Shown here one piece after another: positions 61,726 through 64,000 of a DNA stretch of 64,000 nucleotides. The DNA is from a bacterium. GTDB taxonomy: Bacteria; Zhuqueibacterota; Zhuqueibacteria; Residuimicrobiales; Krinioviventaceae. Numbering within the stretch: the first letter of the stretch is position 1; every line of letters starts with the position of its first letter. Location of the stretch: contig CAXXMD010000003.1 of the NCBI GenBank assembly GCA_963675755.2, positions 448,001 through 512,000 of the forward strand, read 5' to 3'. The notes beneath the pieces were generated by a model. It was given only the letters and a program-made list of their open reading frames with translations. It made no database searches and was not told where the DNA came from. The translations under genes were made by a program, and so were the position numbers.

Positions 61726-62105
61726 TGACTATTGTAGGCGCTATCATTCTGGTTGTTGGATTTATTGCCATCATAAATATATTTGATCTTGTAGGAAAAA
61801 GCAAAAAAGTAATAGATGTGGCAAAGCTCTCTGCACATGTATTTCAAAATCCGGATATGAGTGATCTGGAAAAAGAAAAAGCCATGCAAAAGAATTCTCT
61901 CATTTTATTCAAATATTTTTTTATCATAGTGGCAATCTGTGCAATAGCCATTTTTGCTCCCCTGGGTATTATTTGGCTGATCCAATTGACGGGTGTAACA
62001 ACCGTTGAAAATGTACTCCACGAAACATTTTCATGGCAATTCATTGTAATCAGTTCTATCTTAATCATCGGCATAACCTGGTTGTTACGGAGAAAAAATG
62101 TCTGA
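61725..62105 (+). CDS. Three-TM membrane protein (hypothetical)
   Basis: Coupled to both neighbours by overlaps; MSDLEKEKAMQ loop. Confidence 0.75.
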   Translation: MTIVGAIILVVGFIAIINIFDLVGKSKKVIDVAKLSAHVFQNPDMSDLEKEKAMQKNSLILFKYFFIIVAICAIAIFAPLGIIWLIQLTGVTTVENVLHETFSWQFIVISSILIIGITWLLRRKNV

Positions 62106-63177
62106 TTTTGAAAACAAGTACTCCTTTATAGAAAAAATGCTTCACGATGTAGCCTTTAAAACCTTTCCCTCCCAAATTGCAATGTCTGACCTTGAAAGCA
62201 GATTAAACAAAAAAAAACTACAAGACATCCGGATTGAGCAGCCAACCTTTATTACCGCACTGCCCCGCGCCGGTACAACCTTGTTGCTTGAGCTTGCTGT
62301 AGAAACCCGCGAGTTTGTTTCACATACCTATCGGGATATGCCATTTTTATTAACCCCCATGTTCTGGAACAGTTTTTCAAAAATTTTTAAACAATCAGAT
62401 ACTCCCCGCGAACGTGCTCATGGCGATGGCATGCTGGTTAGTGTTGACAGTCCCGAAGCCTTTGAAGAAATCATCTGGAAAGCTTTTTGGCCGTCCCGTT
62501 ACAGAAAAGATAAAATTGTACCCTGGGCAGAACCAAGCTATCCGGAATTTGAAGCATTCCTTCGCGATCATATTGTCAAGCTCATTGCCTTGCGTGGTGA
62601 AGGTGATAAAGACAGACGTTACATATCTAAAAACAATCTCAACATTTCACGGTTAAAATATATTAGCAAAATTTTCCTCGATGCAATCATCATTGTTCCT
62701 TTTCGAGATCCCATACAGCACGCGTCTTCACTGTTACGCCAGCATCTTAATTTTATCAACATTCATAAAGAAGATGCTTTTGCAAAAAAATATATGGCTG
62801 CAATAGGGCATTTTGATTTTGGCGAAAACCTGAAACCCGTTGATTTTGATAACTGGCTCGACTCGTCCGCTATCAAGGATCCGCAAAAAATCGATTTCTG
62901 GCTGCAATACTGGTCCGATTCTTATAACTATATGATGAATAATAGTAATAATAATATTCAATTTATAGCATACGATGCCATGTGCGAAAATCCATCCAAA
63001 CACATGAAAACCTTTGCGGAAATGCTAAAGCTGAAAAATCCGGACGTCCTTTTACAACAAGCTGAAAGGATTGCACCACCCAAACCTTATCAGGTAGAGT
63101 TGGAATCTATTGATGCTACAATTCTGGACAAAATAAATTCTACCCATTCTCGCTTGAAAGAAATTTCCAAATTTTAA
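62098..63177 (+). CDS. PAPS-dependent sulfotransferase family protein
   Basis: 5'-PSB loop ITALPRAGTTLL and 3'-PB motif FRDPIQHASS; no signal peptide. Confidence 0.85.
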   Translation: MSDFENKYSFIEKMLHDVAFKTFPSQIAMSDLESRLNKKKLQDIRIEQPTFITALPRAGTTLLLELAVETREFVSHTYRDMPFLLTPMFWNSFSKIFKQSDTPRERAHGDGMLVSVDSPEAFEEIIWKAFWPSRYRKDKIVPWAEPSYPEFEAFLRDHIVKLIALRGEGDKDRRYISKNNLNISRLKYISKIFLDAIIIVPFRDPIQHASSLLRQHLNFINIHKEDAFAKKYMAAIGHFDFGENLKPVDFDNWLDSSAIKDPQKIDFWLQYWSDSYNYMMNNSNNNIQFIAYDAMCENPSKHMKTFAEMLKLKNPDVLLQQAERIAPPKPYQVELESIDATILDKINSTHSRLKEISKF

Positions 63178-63336
63178 CAATCCGTTCTTCTTGATACTCT
63201 CCTTACATTCCTGTTAATACATCTCCCCCTGTATTGATCAAGGCTTACTTTTTTTATCACAAAATCAAACTATTTATTGCGTATTGCGTATAAAACCTTA
63301 CATTTAATTAGACAGTAATGAAAAAAGGGGATTCAC

Positions 63337-63717
63337 ATGGAATTACTGAACTATTACACAGGATGGGCCAGTATTATACTGGGCTTTGTAGCAGGGGCGG
63401 TGATTGGTTTGTTTTTTTACAAAGACGATTGGGCTGGCGGCTATAATTCCTGGCAAAGAAGAATGATGCGGTTGGGACACATCTCTTTTTTCGGACTCGG
63501 TTTTATAAACCTGGTTTTTGCACTAAGCATCAACAATTTTCAAATCCATTTAACTACAGATCTGCCGTTTTACTTGCTGGCCGCGGGTAATATTTTAATG
63601 CCAACAGTTTGCTTTTTATCCGCGTACAGGAAAAATTTCAGACAACTCTTTCCGCTGCCTGTTGCTTGTATGTTAATTGGTACCTTAATCTTTATTTTGA
63701 ACGGGGGCTTATTATGA
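63337..63717 (+). CDS. Four-TM membrane protein (hypothetical)
   Basis: GGYNSWQRRMMRLGHISFFGLG; ATGA overlap with the next gene. Confidence 0.75.
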   Translation: MELLNYYTGWASIILGFVAGAVIGLFFYKDDWAGGYNSWQRRMMRLGHISFFGLGFINLVFALSINNFQIHLTTDLPFYLLAAGNILMPTVCFLSAYRKNFRQLFPLPVACMLIGTLIFILNGGLL

Positions 63718-64000
63718 AAATCGCACTAACCGCAATGAGTGGAATACGCGCTTATGATCAGGAACTATTGGAGCTGGGTCTGACATTACCCGGATTTGTT
63801 GAAAGAAGTAAAGTAATTGCATCTTTACCGAGCCTGGGTTTATTGACACTTGCAGGTATGACACCCAGCCACCATGACGTGGAATATATTGAAGTTCCTG
63901 ATATTGAAAACAAATCCGAAATAGTAGACAGGTTGAAAAATTTTGATCTGGTTGCAATTTCAAGTTTTAGTGCACAAATTAAAGAAGCGTACGAATTGGG
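63714..64000 (+). CDS. B12-binding-domain radical SAM protein, N-terminal part (runs off the window)
   Basis: Not in the ORF track. Manual translation: MKIALTAMSGIRAYDQELLELGLTLPGFVERSKVIASLPSLGLLTLAGMTP...FDLVAISSFSAQIKEAYEL. The CxxxCxxC motif is not visible in the window. Confidence 0.75.
   Translation, partial: MKIALTAMSGIRAYDQELLELGLTLPGFVERSKVIASLPSLGLLTLAGMTPSHHDVEYIEVPDIENKSEIVDRLKNFDLVAISSFSAQIKEAYEL

Overview
Bacterial chromosomal window, about 50 genes. No rRNA, tRNA, CRISPR array, transposase or integrase could be recognised by eye. Secreted proteins ending in an LPVEL..F.A / YPNPFNP (FlgD-Ig/T9SS-type) module, Tat-exported Gfo/Idh/MocA oxidoreductases and many CAZymes without SusC/D suggest an FCB-group lineage such as KSB1 or Calditrichota (inference only). 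Layout: AT-rich island end (1-1.5 kb); accessory and glycan-degradation genes (GH127, CBM9-like, GH97, BNR/sialidase-like, GH116, GH28, GH63-like, GH3; 5-30 kb); a TonB receptor / SAM methyltransferase / membrane-NTPase fusion operon (35-40 kb); housekeeping genes (mscS, yeiH-lysR, nfeD-stomatin, acyl-CoA ligase, addAB, aminotransferase, aldo-keto reductase); and a sulfation-type locus (two arylsulfotransferase paralogues, a YIGPGTG micro-protein, a membrane protein and a PAPS-type sulfotransferase) followed by a truncated B12-binding radical SAM gene. The most unusual non-coding signal: several intergenic spaces are mosaics of at least seven families of short repeats. These include a 35-bp AATC 9-8-9-9 unit (two of its arrays end in a shared sigma70-like promoter), bipartite REP-like hairpins in inverted doublets with compensatory changes, and a nested palindrome. 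All family assignments come from motifs read by eye, not from database searches.
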